A stretch of 38,348 bases of DNA, taken from a virus. Lineage: Duplodnaviria; Caudoviricetes. The notes under the pieces were generated by a model. That model was not told the origin of the DNA. It did not search any database and saw only the letters and a list, made by a program, of their open reading frames with translations. Of this stretch, positions 1-9,991 are shown one piece after another; position 1 is the stretch's first letter, and every line of letters begins with the position of its first letter. Location: IMG/VR virus record IMGVR_UViG_3300006752_003453, positions 1-38,348 of that record; one strand, written 5' to 3'. Both the position numbers and the translations under genes were made by a program.

Positions 1-1
1 T

Positions 2-1024
2 GAGAATAAAATAGATCAATGTTTTGAGGAGACAGACGAAAATGGATATACTACAATGGAACCTATCTCTTTTGATTATAGGGTTAGTAATTTATGCAAT
101 TTTAAATGCCGTATGTGTGGTGAACCGCTCAGTTCAGCATGGGAATCTGAAAAGAGAAAACATAATCAATGGTCGCCTGAAAACCAGCCGTTCATGGTTC
201 CAGAGAATAAAAAGATAATTGACAAGTTTCAAAAAGAGGTAGTAGAAGAAGAATTTTGGGAATATATTTGTAGTGGCACCGTAGAAGAGTTGTACTGGGT
301 AGGTGGCGAACCATTAATGTATGATATACATTGGCGAGCAATGGATAGACTATCACAAGATGATACATTAAAACTTGTTCACTTACGTTACAACAGTAAT
401 TTAAGTCGTGTGAGATTAGGTAAGCATTACTTATATGACTGGTTACCACAAGCAAAAGATTGGACAATGTGTGCAAGTATAGATGGTACAGGTTGGATAG
501 GAGAGTTTATTCGTACAGGTTTAGATTGGGAACAATGGGATAAAAATTTTAGAGAAGGTGTGGCATTACCAGGCGGTAATGATAAAATGTTAATGGATTT
601 AACGCTCACAGGTCCTGGCATGTTTGATCTTAAAAACTTTTTTGACTATGCAATAGAATTGGATGTAAAAATAGAAACAAAAAGAATGTTTGCATTCCAT
701 AGTGATATTGTAATGAGTCCTATGGCATGGCCAAGACATATACTAGATAGAATTATACATGAGAACTTAGACTATATACGTCCACGTGCAACATATAAGC
801 AACAAACACTAATAAACGAATTAGAAAATATGCTAACAGTACCAACATTTGAAGAGCAATGGCCACAAGAACATGAAGATAACTTTTTTAGGGGCAGAGG
901 CTGGCAAAGAAAAATTGCAGAAATGAGACCGGACCAACCTCATACTATAGAAGATGTTTACAAACTAGACTCAGAATTATATGACTGGTGGATGAGAATT
1001 GATCGTAAGCACAACCAAAGATAA
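2..1024 (+). CDS. Radical SAM protein (N-terminal Twitch-type family), 5'-truncated by window edge
   Basis: CNFKCRMC (CxxxCxxC), WVGGEP, YNSN, ASIDG motifs. Frame is open from position 2 (ENKIDQCFEETDENGYTTMEP...), so the true start lies upstream of the window. Confidence 0.85.
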   Translation, partial: ENKIDQCFEETDENGYTTMEPISFDYRVSNLCNFKCRMCGEPLSSAWESEKRKHNQWSPENQPFMVPENKKIIDKFQKEVVEEEFWEYICSGTVEELYWVGGEPLMYDIHWRAMDRLSQDDTLKLVHLRYNSNLSRVRLGKHYLYDWLPQAKDWTMCASIDGTGWIGEFIRTGLDWEQWDKNFREGVALPGGNDKMLMDLTLTGPGMFDLKNFFDYAIELDVKIETKRMFAFHSDIVMSPMAWPRHILDRIIHENLDYIRPRATYKQQTLINELENMLTVPTFEEQWPQEHEDNFFRGRGWQRKIAEMRPDQPHTIEDVYKLDSELYDWWMRIDRKHNQR

Positions 1025-1045
1025 GAAATCCTTATAATTTTCCTG

Positions 1046-1052
1046 ATAAATA
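1046..1052 (+). promoter_or_regulatory. Putative T4-type late promoter (gATAAATA) upstream of the UDP-glucose dehydrogenase operon
   Basis: ATAAATA in the intergenic gap, followed by a CAGGAG RBS at ~1075-1080. The same motif recurs in other intergenic gaps. Confidence 0.5.
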
Positions 1053-1086
1053 TAACTGTATTTTATACACACAACAGGAGATAAAG

Positions 1087-2409
1087 ATGGCCTCAGTCGG
1101 ATTTATCGGTGTAGGTAAGTTAGGACAAGCCTGTGCCGAGATGGTCGCTGAAGTACATGATGTTGTTGGTTATGATGTTAATCCTGTAGAGCCTGAAAAC
1201 TTTACAATGAGTAACACGTTGGAAGGAGCAGTTGTAGGACAAGATATTGTTTTTATTGCTGTACCCACACCGCATGACCCACAGTATGATGGAAAAGCAC
1301 CAACCAGCCATTTACCAAATAAGGACTTTGACTATGGATTAGTCAAACAAGTACTTAGCGAAGTAAATGCGGTTGCAACAAAAGACCAATTAGTAGTCCT
1401 TATATCAACGGTTCTTCCTGGTACAACCAGACGAGAATTTATTGATTTAATTCCAAATGCCAGATTCGTTTACAATCCATACTTAATTGCTATGGGTACA
1501 GTAAAGTGGGATATGGTTAATCCAGAAATGGTAATGATTGGAACAGAAGATGGAAGTGAAACAGGTGATGCAAAAGAACTTGTAGACTTCTACAAAACAA
1601 TTATGCAGAACGAACCAAGATACATTATAGGTACTTGGGACGAAACAGAATGTATTAAAGTATTTTACAATACATTTATATCAGCAAAAGTAAGTCTAGT
1701 AAACATGATACAAGACGTAGCAGAGAACTTAGGTAACATAAACGCAGAAGTAGTATGTGATGCCTTAGCAACTAGTGACAGACGTATTATGGGACCAGGT
1801 TATATGAAGCCAGGTATGGGCGATGGTGGTGCTTGTCACCCTAGAGATAATATTGCCCTACGTTGGATGGCAGAAGAACTAGATTTAGGTTATGACTTGT
1901 TTGATGCTGTAATGCTTAGTAGAGAAAAACAAGCAGAAAACATGGCTAAAAAACTTTGCGATCTTGCAGAAGGTGATTGGCATCCTACAACAAGAACAAT
2001 GATAGGTGCATTGCCAGTAATTATTGTTGGTAAGGCATACAAGCCATTAGTCGAATATGAAGCCGGTTCGGCAAGTATGTTAGTAGGTCACTATGTATAC
2101 AATAATGGTCATGAACTACATTACTATGATGAAAAGACCGGAGATATTCCTCCACAGTCAGTATTAGATAAACCTGCTGTATATTTACTTGCACATAATC
2201 CAGGTATCACATACGGCGATCAATTAGATACAGTACCTGGTTGGTACGGAGACCATAAGGCAACAGACTGTGATGATGCATTAATATCTACAGGCAATGG
2301 TACTGAATTGAACTTTGCCAAAGGTAGTATTGTTGTTGACCCATGGAGAAAGACTCCAGAAATAGAAGGGGTTGAAGTAATACATTACGGAAACACTAGG
2401 AGAAAATAA
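1087..2409 (+). CDS. ugd: UDP-glucose/GDP-mannose 6-dehydrogenase family protein
   Basis: Rossmann GVGKLG, FIAVPTP, STVLPGTT, KVFYNTF, catalytic GGACHPRD, VDPWR. AGGAG RBS. Confidence 0.9.
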   Translation: MASVGFIGVGKLGQACAEMVAEVHDVVGYDVNPVEPENFTMSNTLEGAVVGQDIVFIAVPTPHDPQYDGKAPTSHLPNKDFDYGLVKQVLSEVNAVATKDQLVVLISTVLPGTTRREFIDLIPNARFVYNPYLIAMGTVKWDMVNPEMVMIGTEDGSETGDAKELVDFYKTIMQNEPRYIIGTWDETECIKVFYNTFISAKVSLVNMIQDVAENLGNINAEVVCDALATSDRRIMGPGYMKPGMGDGGACHPRDNIALRWMAEELDLGYDLFDAVMLSREKQAENMAKKLCDLAEGDWHPTTRTMIGALPVIIVGKAYKPLVEYEAGSASMLVGHYVYNNGHELHYYDEKTGDIPPQSVLDKPAVYLLAHNPGITYGDQLDTVPGWYGDHKATDCDDALISTGNGTELNFAKGSIVVDPWRKTPEIEGVEVIHYGNTRRK

Positions 2410-3735
2410 ATGTCTGAACCTAGATTTTGCAGTCTGCTATGGACTCACATCAGTAACGAACCTTTAGGACATGTTAGAACATGTTGTATTGCAAAGGAAC
2501 GAGTAAAAGATGATGAGGGCAACGACTTCACACTGGGTTCAACATCAGTAAGGGAAATTTTTCATAGTAATTATTATAAGAAAATAAGACAAGAAATCAG
2601 AGACGGAGAGTTTCCTGAAAATTGTGAACCTTGTTGGCGAGAAGAAAAGAACGGTAAAAAATCTAAAAGGCAAATTTATAATGAATATGCTGAATGGAGA
2701 TTTGACCCTATAGATTATTCTAAAGAACCTGACATGCCTCAAGATATGCAACTTATTTTAAGTACTACATGCAATTTAAAATGTAGAAGTTGTAATCCAA
2801 ACTATAGTAGTAAATGGGTAAAAGAAGCAGATTCGCGAGGACTTCCATATCATAAAGAAATAGTAAGTGTCCCTATGAGTGATTTAGAAAATTCTAAATT
2901 TTGGACAATGTTAGATGACTGGTTACCTCATATAGTCAATTTAGAAATAATGGGAGGCGAACCTTTATACATGAAAGAGTTTAAAGTGTTTGCAAACAAA
3001 TTAATAGATGACGGTATTGCTCCTAAAGTTGCTTTAAGTTTTAGTACAAATGGTACAATGGGTAAAAGCGAATTCCTTGGTAGAATAATTGATCAATTTA
3101 AAACAGTATCGTTTAATATTAGTGTAGATGCCGCTGTTGGAAATAGATTTGATTACTTACGTCATGGTGCGGATTGGGAAGAAGTTGCAAAAAATTTAGA
3201 TTATATACACGGGTTACAACAAATGGGTGTTGTATTTTCAGGTATAACCTGTACTGTAACTGCCCTTAATATAATGTACCTAGCAGAGTTTCACGAAGTG
3301 TTCCAAGAAAGATGGCCTAACTTTCATGTATTTCATAATATAGCAAACTTACCTAGTTGGTATAATCCAAATGTATTTCCAAATGAAATGAAAGAAGCAA
3401 TCGTAAAACCTTTAGTAGATGGATTAGAAAAAGGATTATTTAAAACTGATCATTTAAAACAAGAAATGAAAGGACTAATTGCACATGCAACTACACCTAG
3501 AGAAGAATGTATAGCACCATATGGAACTGGACCTGATGATACAATAGAAAACGAAATAAATTTAAGGTGGAAACTTTTTAAACAACAAGTTACTGCCGGA
3601 GATAATTATAGAGATGAAGATTTTAGATCTGCTTTTCCTGAATTATGGGAGATTGTAAAGCACGACTTCTTTTATAAAAAACATTTAGAAAAGGCAAAAC
3701 AAGATCCAAAATACGGAACAATAGATAGAATATGA
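2410..3735 (+). CDS. N-terminal Twitch-domain radical SAM protein
   Basis: FCSLLW...TCC...CEPC N-terminal Cys set; CNLKCRSC; MGGEP; STNG; C-terminal DNYRDEDFRSAFPEL. Confidence 0.88.
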   Translation: MSEPRFCSLLWTHISNEPLGHVRTCCIAKERVKDDEGNDFTLGSTSVREIFHSNYYKKIRQEIRDGEFPENCEPCWREEKNGKKSKRQIYNEYAEWRFDPIDYSKEPDMPQDMQLILSTTCNLKCRSCNPNYSSKWVKEADSRGLPYHKEIVSVPMSDLENSKFWTMLDDWLPHIVNLEIMGGEPLYMKEFKVFANKLIDDGIAPKVALSFSTNGTMGKSEFLGRIIDQFKTVSFNISVDAAVGNRFDYLRHGADWEEVAKNLDYIHGLQQMGVVFSGITCTVTALNIMYLAEFHEVFQERWPNFHVFHNIANLPSWYNPNVFPNEMKEAIVKPLVDGLEKGLFKTDHLKQEMKGLIAHATTPREECIAPYGTGPDDTIENEINLRWKLFKQQVTAGDNYRDEDFRSAFPELWEIVKHDFFYKKHLEKAKQDPKYGTIDRI

Positions 3736-4970
3736 GTAAAACATTTTGCCCACTACCCTGGATGCATCTAGGAACACACCCTCACGGTGGTGTTACTCCT
3801 TGTTGTATATCAGATATGACTGCGGGTAAAAATAGAGCAAGAAATTACGGAGAAGAACGAGAAGAGTTCTTCAATTTAAATGATCACGACATTAATACAC
3901 ATATGAACAGTGATTATTTTAAAGAAATAAGAAGGGAGATGTTAAATGATATTGAGCCAAAAGCATGTACTAGATGCTACCAGGAAGAAAGAAAAGGAAT
4001 CGAGAGCAAACGTATCTACGAGTCCAAGATATATAAGGACTTTGACGCCGATTACTCATCCAGAATTACAGGTGAGGATGGTAGCATACCTATGGACCTC
4101 CGTTTTGTTGAGTTGCGTCTTGGTAATGTATGCAATGTTAGGTGTCGTACATGTAATCCAGCAAGTAGTTCACGTTGGGTGGCAGACTATAAAAAAATCG
4201 TGGATTCCCTGGACTTCGTAAATGATGGATATAGTTGGTTAGATCACAAACACGATTTTCAATGGCCTGAAGATGAAAATTTTTATCAAGATTTATTTGA
4301 TTGTGCACCTAATATGGAAGTATTATATATTAATGGTGGAGAGCCCACATTAATAAAAGCACATTGGAAATATTTAGAAATGCTTGTAGAAAGTGGTCGT
4401 AGTAAAAATATTATTCTATGGTATAATATTAATATGACAAGCATACCTGAAAAAGCAATTCCACTATGGAAAGAATTTAAAGAAGCCAGAGTGTGTCCAA
4501 GTATAGACGACCTGGAACATAGAAATCAATATATTAGATTCCCTACACAATGGTCAGACGTAGAGAACAATTTAGATACTATATTAGCAGTACCAGAATT
4601 GACTGTTAGAATAACACAAACTGTAAGTGCATATAGTTACATTTATTTAGACGAGTTTTTAAATTGGGCACCTTGTCCAGTTGATATGAACTTTGTTTAT
4701 GACCCGGATTACCTATCGCCTGGAATACTACCTCCTGTTGTGAGACACGAGGCCCATGCCAAGTTTAGAAAAACGATGGGTAACAGATATGAACTCGGAA
4801 CATTGTTAAGTATGTATGATAACGATGATTGGGACGAAGTTAAATGGGAACACTTTTGTCGGTACAATGACGAGTTGGATAAAATACGCAATCATGAAGA
4901 TGGTTGGAGGGAAGTATTCCCTGAACTAATAAATCTTTTAGATAAACATAATATAAGGCATGAGTACTAA
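3732..4970 (+). CDS. N-terminal Twitch-domain radical SAM protein
   Basis: FCPLPW...PCC...CTRC; CNVRCRTC; NGGEP; VFPEL. ATGA overlap with the previous gene. Confidence 0.88.
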   Translation: MSKTFCPLPWMHLGTHPHGGVTPCCISDMTAGKNRARNYGEEREEFFNLNDHDINTHMNSDYFKEIRREMLNDIEPKACTRCYQEERKGIESKRIYESKIYKDFDADYSSRITGEDGSIPMDLRFVELRLGNVCNVRCRTCNPASSSRWVADYKKIVDSLDFVNDGYSWLDHKHDFQWPEDENFYQDLFDCAPNMEVLYINGGEPTLIKAHWKYLEMLVESGRSKNIILWYNINMTSIPEKAIPLWKEFKEARVCPSIDDLEHRNQYIRFPTQWSDVENNLDTILAVPELTVRITQTVSAYSYIYLDEFLNWAPCPVDMNFVYDPDYLSPGILPPVVRHEAHAKFRKTMGNRYELGTLLSMYDNDDWDEVKWEHFCRYNDELDKIRNHEDGWREVFPELINLLDKHNIRHEY

Positions 4971-6129
4971 TATGAATTTAGTATTAAATACATTACCAAA
5001 CAATGCTAAATCTATATGTAAAAGACAACATGCAGGATATTTTGATAGATTACAAAAAGACTTGCCTGATAACCCTAACTATGTTGTATTTGATTACCAA
5101 ACTGTAACAGAAACAGAACATGTCTTCTTCACAATGGAAGCCATAAAAGTTGCTGAAAAATTAGGTTTAGAAAATGTTATACTTAGTTACACCACAGAAG
5201 CATTGCATAGAAAGTTTTGGGAAATTAGTATATCATTATTATCTAAGGCAGGATATAAAAAAGTTTTACTCATAGATGCTGGTACTGATGTTGCCGTAGA
5301 ATGGTATATAGATGTTTACCAAGAAACTACTAAGGTAAGATTTTTAACATCTTCCACATGGTTTGATGTGTATTCCGGCAAGCCAGGATACAAAGAAAAT
5401 ATTCCTTTAGAGCATAAACGGTCTAAACATTTTATAAGTTTAGCACGGTATTCTAGAAAAGAAAGAATACAGTTTACATGCAAAATTCTAGACGATAAAT
5501 TTTTAAGACCTAAAGGAAGATTATCTTGTGGATGGGCAGACTATGAATTAGGAAATGATTATTGGGGTAAAGATAAACCACTTTGGAATCTCATACCAAC
5601 ACATCTAAAAAATTACTTTCCATTATCGTTAGGAGATCAGCCGGAACAACAACACGACTTGCTTCCCCATATAGCAGACAATGTATTCAACGTTGTACTA
5701 GAGGGAGTAATTGGACATAACCCAGCATCTTATTCTGTTAATAGTGATACATCTAATACAGGTGGAAGATATCTTACTGTAAATAGTGACAGGATGATGC
5801 CAACAGAAAAAACAACAAAAGCATTTGCGATGAATCAAATACCTCTAATTTTAGGAACACCAGGCATAGTGCATACATTAAGGTCAATGAATTTTGATAT
5901 GTTTGATGATGTTATAGATCATTCTTATGATAAAGAAAATTGTATAGAAAATAGAATGAATATGATTTTAGAGCAACTAAAAAAAGTTTGTGAAAAAGAT
6001 TTAGGATATTGGGAAGAATTTATTTTGAATAATAAACAACGATTTCATCATAATCAACAACATGTAATAAGAATAAGTGAACATTTACATGAACAAAATA
6101 AACAAGTTGTTAAGGAGTTTTTCGTATGA
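4960..6129 (+). CDS. Putative glycosyltransferase-like protein (GT-B fold, TEK motif as in GT10-type enzymes)
   Basis: FISLAR..RKER, FNVVLEG, PTEKTTKAF..NQIPLILG, LRSMNFDMFDDVIDHSYD. Paralogous to 35476-36915. Confidence 0.5.
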   Translation: MSTNMNLVLNTLPNNAKSICKRQHAGYFDRLQKDLPDNPNYVVFDYQTVTETEHVFFTMEAIKVAEKLGLENVILSYTTEALHRKFWEISISLLSKAGYKKVLLIDAGTDVAVEWYIDVYQETTKVRFLTSSTWFDVYSGKPGYKENIPLEHKRSKHFISLARYSRKERIQFTCKILDDKFLRPKGRLSCGWADYELGNDYWGKDKPLWNLIPTHLKNYFPLSLGDQPEQQHDLLPHIADNVFNVVLEGVIGHNPASYSVNSDTSNTGGRYLTVNSDRMMPTEKTTKAFAMNQIPLILGTPGIVHTLRSMNFDMFDDVIDHSYDKENCIENRMNMILEQLKKVCEKDLGYWEEFILNNKQRFHHNQQHVIRISEHLHEQNKQVVKEFFV

Positions 6130-7340
6130 AATACGACGATATAAAAAACTCAGATGTAATGTGTATTCTACCTTGGATTCATATGCACCCTTGGCCTAAT
6201 GGTAAGACTATGCTTTGTTGTGATTCTCCTTGGGAAGAACATATAGGAGATTTAAGGGAAAATAGTTTACAAGAAGTTTGGAACAGTGATAAGATGAAAG
6301 AAGTTCGTCTTAAAATGTTAGAAGGTAAAAAGTGTAAACAATGTGTACGTTGCTACGAAAAAGAAGAGAAAGGTCATGACAGTTTAAGAGTTAGAAGTAA
6401 TAGAGACTGGCTAGAACCTCATTGGGATAAAGTAGCAAAAACAAACACAGACGGCAGTTTAGATGATTTACATATAGTTTACTTAGACTTTAGATTTAGT
6501 AATGTATGTAACTTACGTTGTAGATATTGCGGACCAGAATTAAGTAGCAACTGGTTCCAAGATGCTGTAAAGAGTGAATGGAATATTACACCAACAGAAC
6601 AAGTAATACAAATCCGTAATGATGTAGATAACTTTATGGAAGAGTTTGAACCAATGTTAGAACATATAGAACAAATATATTGGGCTGGAGGGGAGCCTAT
6701 TATAATGGACGAGCATTGGAGTATAATGAATAAACTTGTTGAAATGGGTAAAACAGATATAAGAATATTTTATAATACAAACTTTACAAAATTAAAATAC
6801 AAAAAATATGATGTATTAGATTTATGGAAAAACTTTGATAATATAAGTATTGGTGCAAGTTTAGATGCAGAAGGAATACGTGGAGAATATCAGCGAAAAG
6901 GAACAAAATGGGCAGACGTGGTAAATAACATAGAGCAGTTGCGAGAAAAGTCTCCAGATGTAGACTTTTATATTAGTGCAACAGTAAGTGCCTATAACGC
7001 CTATCACATTACAGACTTTCATAAGAGCTGGGTAGATAAGGGATATATCAAACCGGGAGACTGGTATATGAATGTGTTACTTAATAACGAGCGATTTAGA
7101 ATGAGTGTATTACCACAAGAATTAAAAGAAGAAATAAAAGCAAAATGGCTAAAGCATTTAGCATGGCTGGAACCTTTAGATCATATAGGTAGAGCAACAG
7201 AAGGTTATAAAAGTGCAATAAAATTTTTAGATGATGATCATACACATTTACTAGAAGAATTTAAAATGTTTAACGAATCTTTTGATAAACTAAGAGATGA
7301 AAACTTTAAAGATGTTTATCCGGAATTAGCAGAATTATGA
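6126..7340 (+). CDS. N-terminal Twitch-domain radical SAM protein
   Basis: CILPW...LCC...CVRC; CNLRCRYC; AGGEP; YNTN; DKLRDENFKDVYPEL. Confidence 0.88.
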   Translation: MKYDDIKNSDVMCILPWIHMHPWPNGKTMLCCDSPWEEHIGDLRENSLQEVWNSDKMKEVRLKMLEGKKCKQCVRCYEKEEKGHDSLRVRSNRDWLEPHWDKVAKTNTDGSLDDLHIVYLDFRFSNVCNLRCRYCGPELSSNWFQDAVKSEWNITPTEQVIQIRNDVDNFMEEFEPMLEHIEQIYWAGGEPIIMDEHWSIMNKLVEMGKTDIRIFYNTNFTKLKYKKYDVLDLWKNFDNISIGASLDAEGIRGEYQRKGTKWADVVNNIEQLREKSPDVDFYISATVSAYNAYHITDFHKSWVDKGYIKPGDWYMNVLLNNERFRMSVLPQELKEEIKAKWLKHLAWLEPLDHIGRATEGYKSAIKFLDDDHTHLLEEFKMFNESFDKLRDENFKDVYPELAEL

Positions 7341-8530
7341 GTAAGTATTTTTGCCCAATGCCGTTTGTAAACTTAGAAGCCAGAACTGATGGCTCTATGT
7401 CTATATGCTGTCAAATGGATGAGCTAATTAGCAAAGACGGTCAAAATTTATCACTTACACACGACGTACTAACTGACGGCTGGAGAAGTGAATGGTTAGC
7501 AAATTTAAGAAAAGACTTTTTAGATGGTAAAAAACCTGCTTCTTGCTACAGTTGTTGGACTGCCGAGGATGCCGGAATAGACAGTAAACGCCAGAGAGCA
7601 TTGAGAGACTTTCCTACAGCATTAGAAGAAGCAATACAAAAGAAAGAACACATTAAGCCAAAGTCCATGGATCTGAAATTAGGTAATGTGTGTAATAATA
7701 AATGTAGAATTTGCAATAGTTTTGCAAGTAGCCTATGGGTACCAGAAGAGAAAAAACGAGATGGTACAAACAATTTGTTTTGGGATAGAATGCGTACAGT
7801 AGGTAGATGGCCAGAAACTAACGAAGCATTTTGGGAAGACTTTGAAGAACTTAGTGATGACTTAGAAGTATTAGAATTTTATGGCGGTGAACCATTATTA
7901 ATAAAAAGACACTACGATATACTACAGGATTTAGTTGATTCCGGTAAGAGTAAAGATATAAAATTATTGTATAATACAAATGGTTCAATATATCCTGAGA
8001 GAGGATTAGAACTATGGCCTCACTTTAAGCAAGTAATGTTAAGTTGGAGTTTTGATGGAGTAGGAGAACAATTTGAATACATAAGACATCCTGCTAAATG
8101 GAACGAGGTACAAAATAATTTACAAAAAGTTTTAGATAAAAATATACCAAATATTTTTGTTGATATCTGTTATACTGTAGGAATATTTAATATTTTTTAT
8201 ATGGAAGAAATATTAGAATGGAGAGATAATTTTAAACCAGATCTTCCTATATATTTTAATCATGTCTATACGCCAGATCATTTTAGTTGTAAGGTATTAC
8301 CTAAAGTAATAAAAGATAAAATTGTAGACAAGTATAAAGATAATACACACCCTGACATTGTGAGTTCGGTAAAATACTGTACAGATGTAGATTATGATAT
8401 AAGTTTAATGGAAATGTTTTACAAACAAGTGAAGTTTAGTGATGAATTTAGAGGAGAAAGTTTTGCTAAAACGTTTCCTGAATTTTATGCTTTACTAAAA
8501 CAATACGGTAATGCACCGGAGGACTTTTAA
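7337..8530 (+). CDS. N-terminal Twitch-domain radical SAM protein
   Basis: FCPMPF...ICC...CYSC; CNNKCRIC; YGGEP; YNTNG; DEFRGESFAKTFPEF. Confidence 0.88.
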   Translation: MSKYFCPMPFVNLEARTDGSMSICCQMDELISKDGQNLSLTHDVLTDGWRSEWLANLRKDFLDGKKPASCYSCWTAEDAGIDSKRQRALRDFPTALEEAIQKKEHIKPKSMDLKLGNVCNNKCRICNSFASSLWVPEEKKRDGTNNLFWDRMRTVGRWPETNEAFWEDFEELSDDLEVLEFYGGEPLLIKRHYDILQDLVDSGKSKDIKLLYNTNGSIYPERGLELWPHFKQVMLSWSFDGVGEQFEYIRHPAKWNEVQNNLQKVLDKNIPNIFVDICYTVGIFNIFYMEEILEWRDNFKPDLPIYFNHVYTPDHFSCKVLPKVIKDKIVDKYKDNTHPDIVSSVKYCTDVDYDISLMEMFYKQVKFSDEFRGESFAKTFPEFYALLKQYGNAPEDF

Positions 8531-8532
8531 GT

Positions 8533-9840
8533 ATGTCTGATTATAGTAAAACTTTTTGCCCTTATCCTTGGATATCTATAATGACACAGCCAACTGGAAC
8601 TGTAAGTTGGTGCTGTGTTGCTAGAGATAATTTTAAGAATGATGATGGAAGTATGGTAGATCTAAATCGAGGACATAAAATAGAAGATGTCTGGAATAGC
8701 AATCATATGCGTAAAATCCGTAAGCAAATGATAGAAGGCGACGTGGTAAAAGGTTGTGAGCATTGCTATGATTTAGAAGATATGGGTTTCCCTAGTTATA
8801 GAACAAACTATATTAGGGATTGGTTTGAATATAGTGGGAAAGGAGAAGAAATTCATGACATTATAGAACGTAGTGTAAACAACGACTATAGAGTAGAAGA
8901 AGCACCCATGTACTTGGATTTTAGGCTTGGCAATATGTGTAACCTGAAGTGTAGAATGTGCCAACCACAAAATTCAAGTCAAATACAAAAGGAATATAAA
9001 AAAATAGAAAATGCTGACCCAGATGCGGCACAGTTCATAAAGGACAACTTCACCTGGGGTCAGTTTGTAGATGAATTAACTAACTGGGAAGATGATCCTA
9101 ATTTTTTACGTCAAGTAGAAGAATGGCTACCCGGTGTTGTAAAACTTTATTTTACAGGTGGCGAGCCAACTATTATAGAACGTGTATATTGGATTATGGA
9201 AAAATGTGTTGAACTAGGGATAGCAAAAGACATAGAATTAGTATTTAATAGTAATATGACCAATATTCAAAAACGTTTTTTAGATCTTGTGGAACAGTTT
9301 AAAAGTGTACTCATGTGTATTAGTGTAGATGCTTATGGTAAAGAAAACGAATACATTAGAGGTGCAAGTCACTGGAGTAGAGTTGAGAAAAACTTAAGAA
9401 CTTATTGTGCTAGTGACGTTGTAGGAACTGTATTGTTTAGTCCTGTTATACAAATATATAATGTATTAACAATAACAAAATTACTAGACTTTATAGAAAG
9501 TTTAGAAATAGAATACGGAAGAGAAGTATTTGTAACATTCTTAATATGTGATTATCCTACAAGTTTAGACTTTAGAAACTGCCCAGAGCAGGTACGTGAA
9601 GTAGCCGCAGGTAGATTAGAACAGTGGTTACAAAGAAGTAAAGTATTAAAAAATAGACCGGAAAATGTACAAAGTATAGAAGCAACTATTAAGGCATTAA
9701 AGGAAAACAGAAAAGAAAATTGGAGGCAAGAATTGCTCACATTTCAAAAATATACAGAAATGTTGGATAAGCAAAGAGACGAAAGTATGGAAGAAGCCTT
9801 GCCGGAATTATATAAATTAATGTATAAATCAAATAGATAA
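8533..9840 (+). CDS. N-terminal Twitch-domain radical SAM protein
   Basis: FCPYPW...WCC...CEHC; CNLKCRMC; TGGEP; DKQRDESMEEALPEL. Confidence 0.88.
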   Translation: MSDYSKTFCPYPWISIMTQPTGTVSWCCVARDNFKNDDGSMVDLNRGHKIEDVWNSNHMRKIRKQMIEGDVVKGCEHCYDLEDMGFPSYRTNYIRDWFEYSGKGEEIHDIIERSVNNDYRVEEAPMYLDFRLGNMCNLKCRMCQPQNSSQIQKEYKKIENADPDAAQFIKDNFTWGQFVDELTNWEDDPNFLRQVEEWLPGVVKLYFTGGEPTIIERVYWIMEKCVELGIAKDIELVFNSNMTNIQKRFLDLVEQFKSVLMCISVDAYGKENEYIRGASHWSRVEKNLRTYCASDVVGTVLFSPVIQIYNVLTITKLLDFIESLEIEYGREVFVTFLICDYPTSLDFRNCPEQVREVAAGRLEQWLQRSKVLKNRPENVQSIEATIKALKENRKENWRQELLTFQKYTEMLDKQRDESMEEALPELYKLMYKSNR

Positions 9841-9844
9841 TATT

Positions 9845-9991
9845 ATGGAAGAAGAAAGAAGAGAAAAAACAGACGCTCAAAAAGAACATGAAAAAAAGGT
9901 ATTTGACGATACTCTTACACCTGAGGAAGAAGAGCAAATGAAAAAGAAATTAGAAGAATTAAGAAAAAGAGACCCTTTTATATATAGATGA
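9845..9991 (+). CDS. 48-aa charged peptide ending RKRDPFIYR (absent from ORF track), translationally coupled to the carbamoyltransferase
   Basis: Own translation: MEEERREKTDAQKEHEKKVFDDTLTPEEEEQMKKKLEELRKRDPFIYR*. It fills the gap exactly, and its TGA overlaps the next ATG (ATGA, 9988-9991). Confidence 0.75.
   Translation: MEEERREKTDAQKEHEKKVFDDTLTPEEEEQMKKKLEELRKRDPFIYR

Noticed and set aside
2410-9840. Radical SAMs as classical RiPP maturases (PqqE/SPASM type) or anaerobic sulfatase maturases
   Set aside because: No RRE/PqqD domain, sulfatase, protease or transporter is visible, and the neighbours are sugar enzymes. Kept only as a minor alternative for the DPFIYR peptide.
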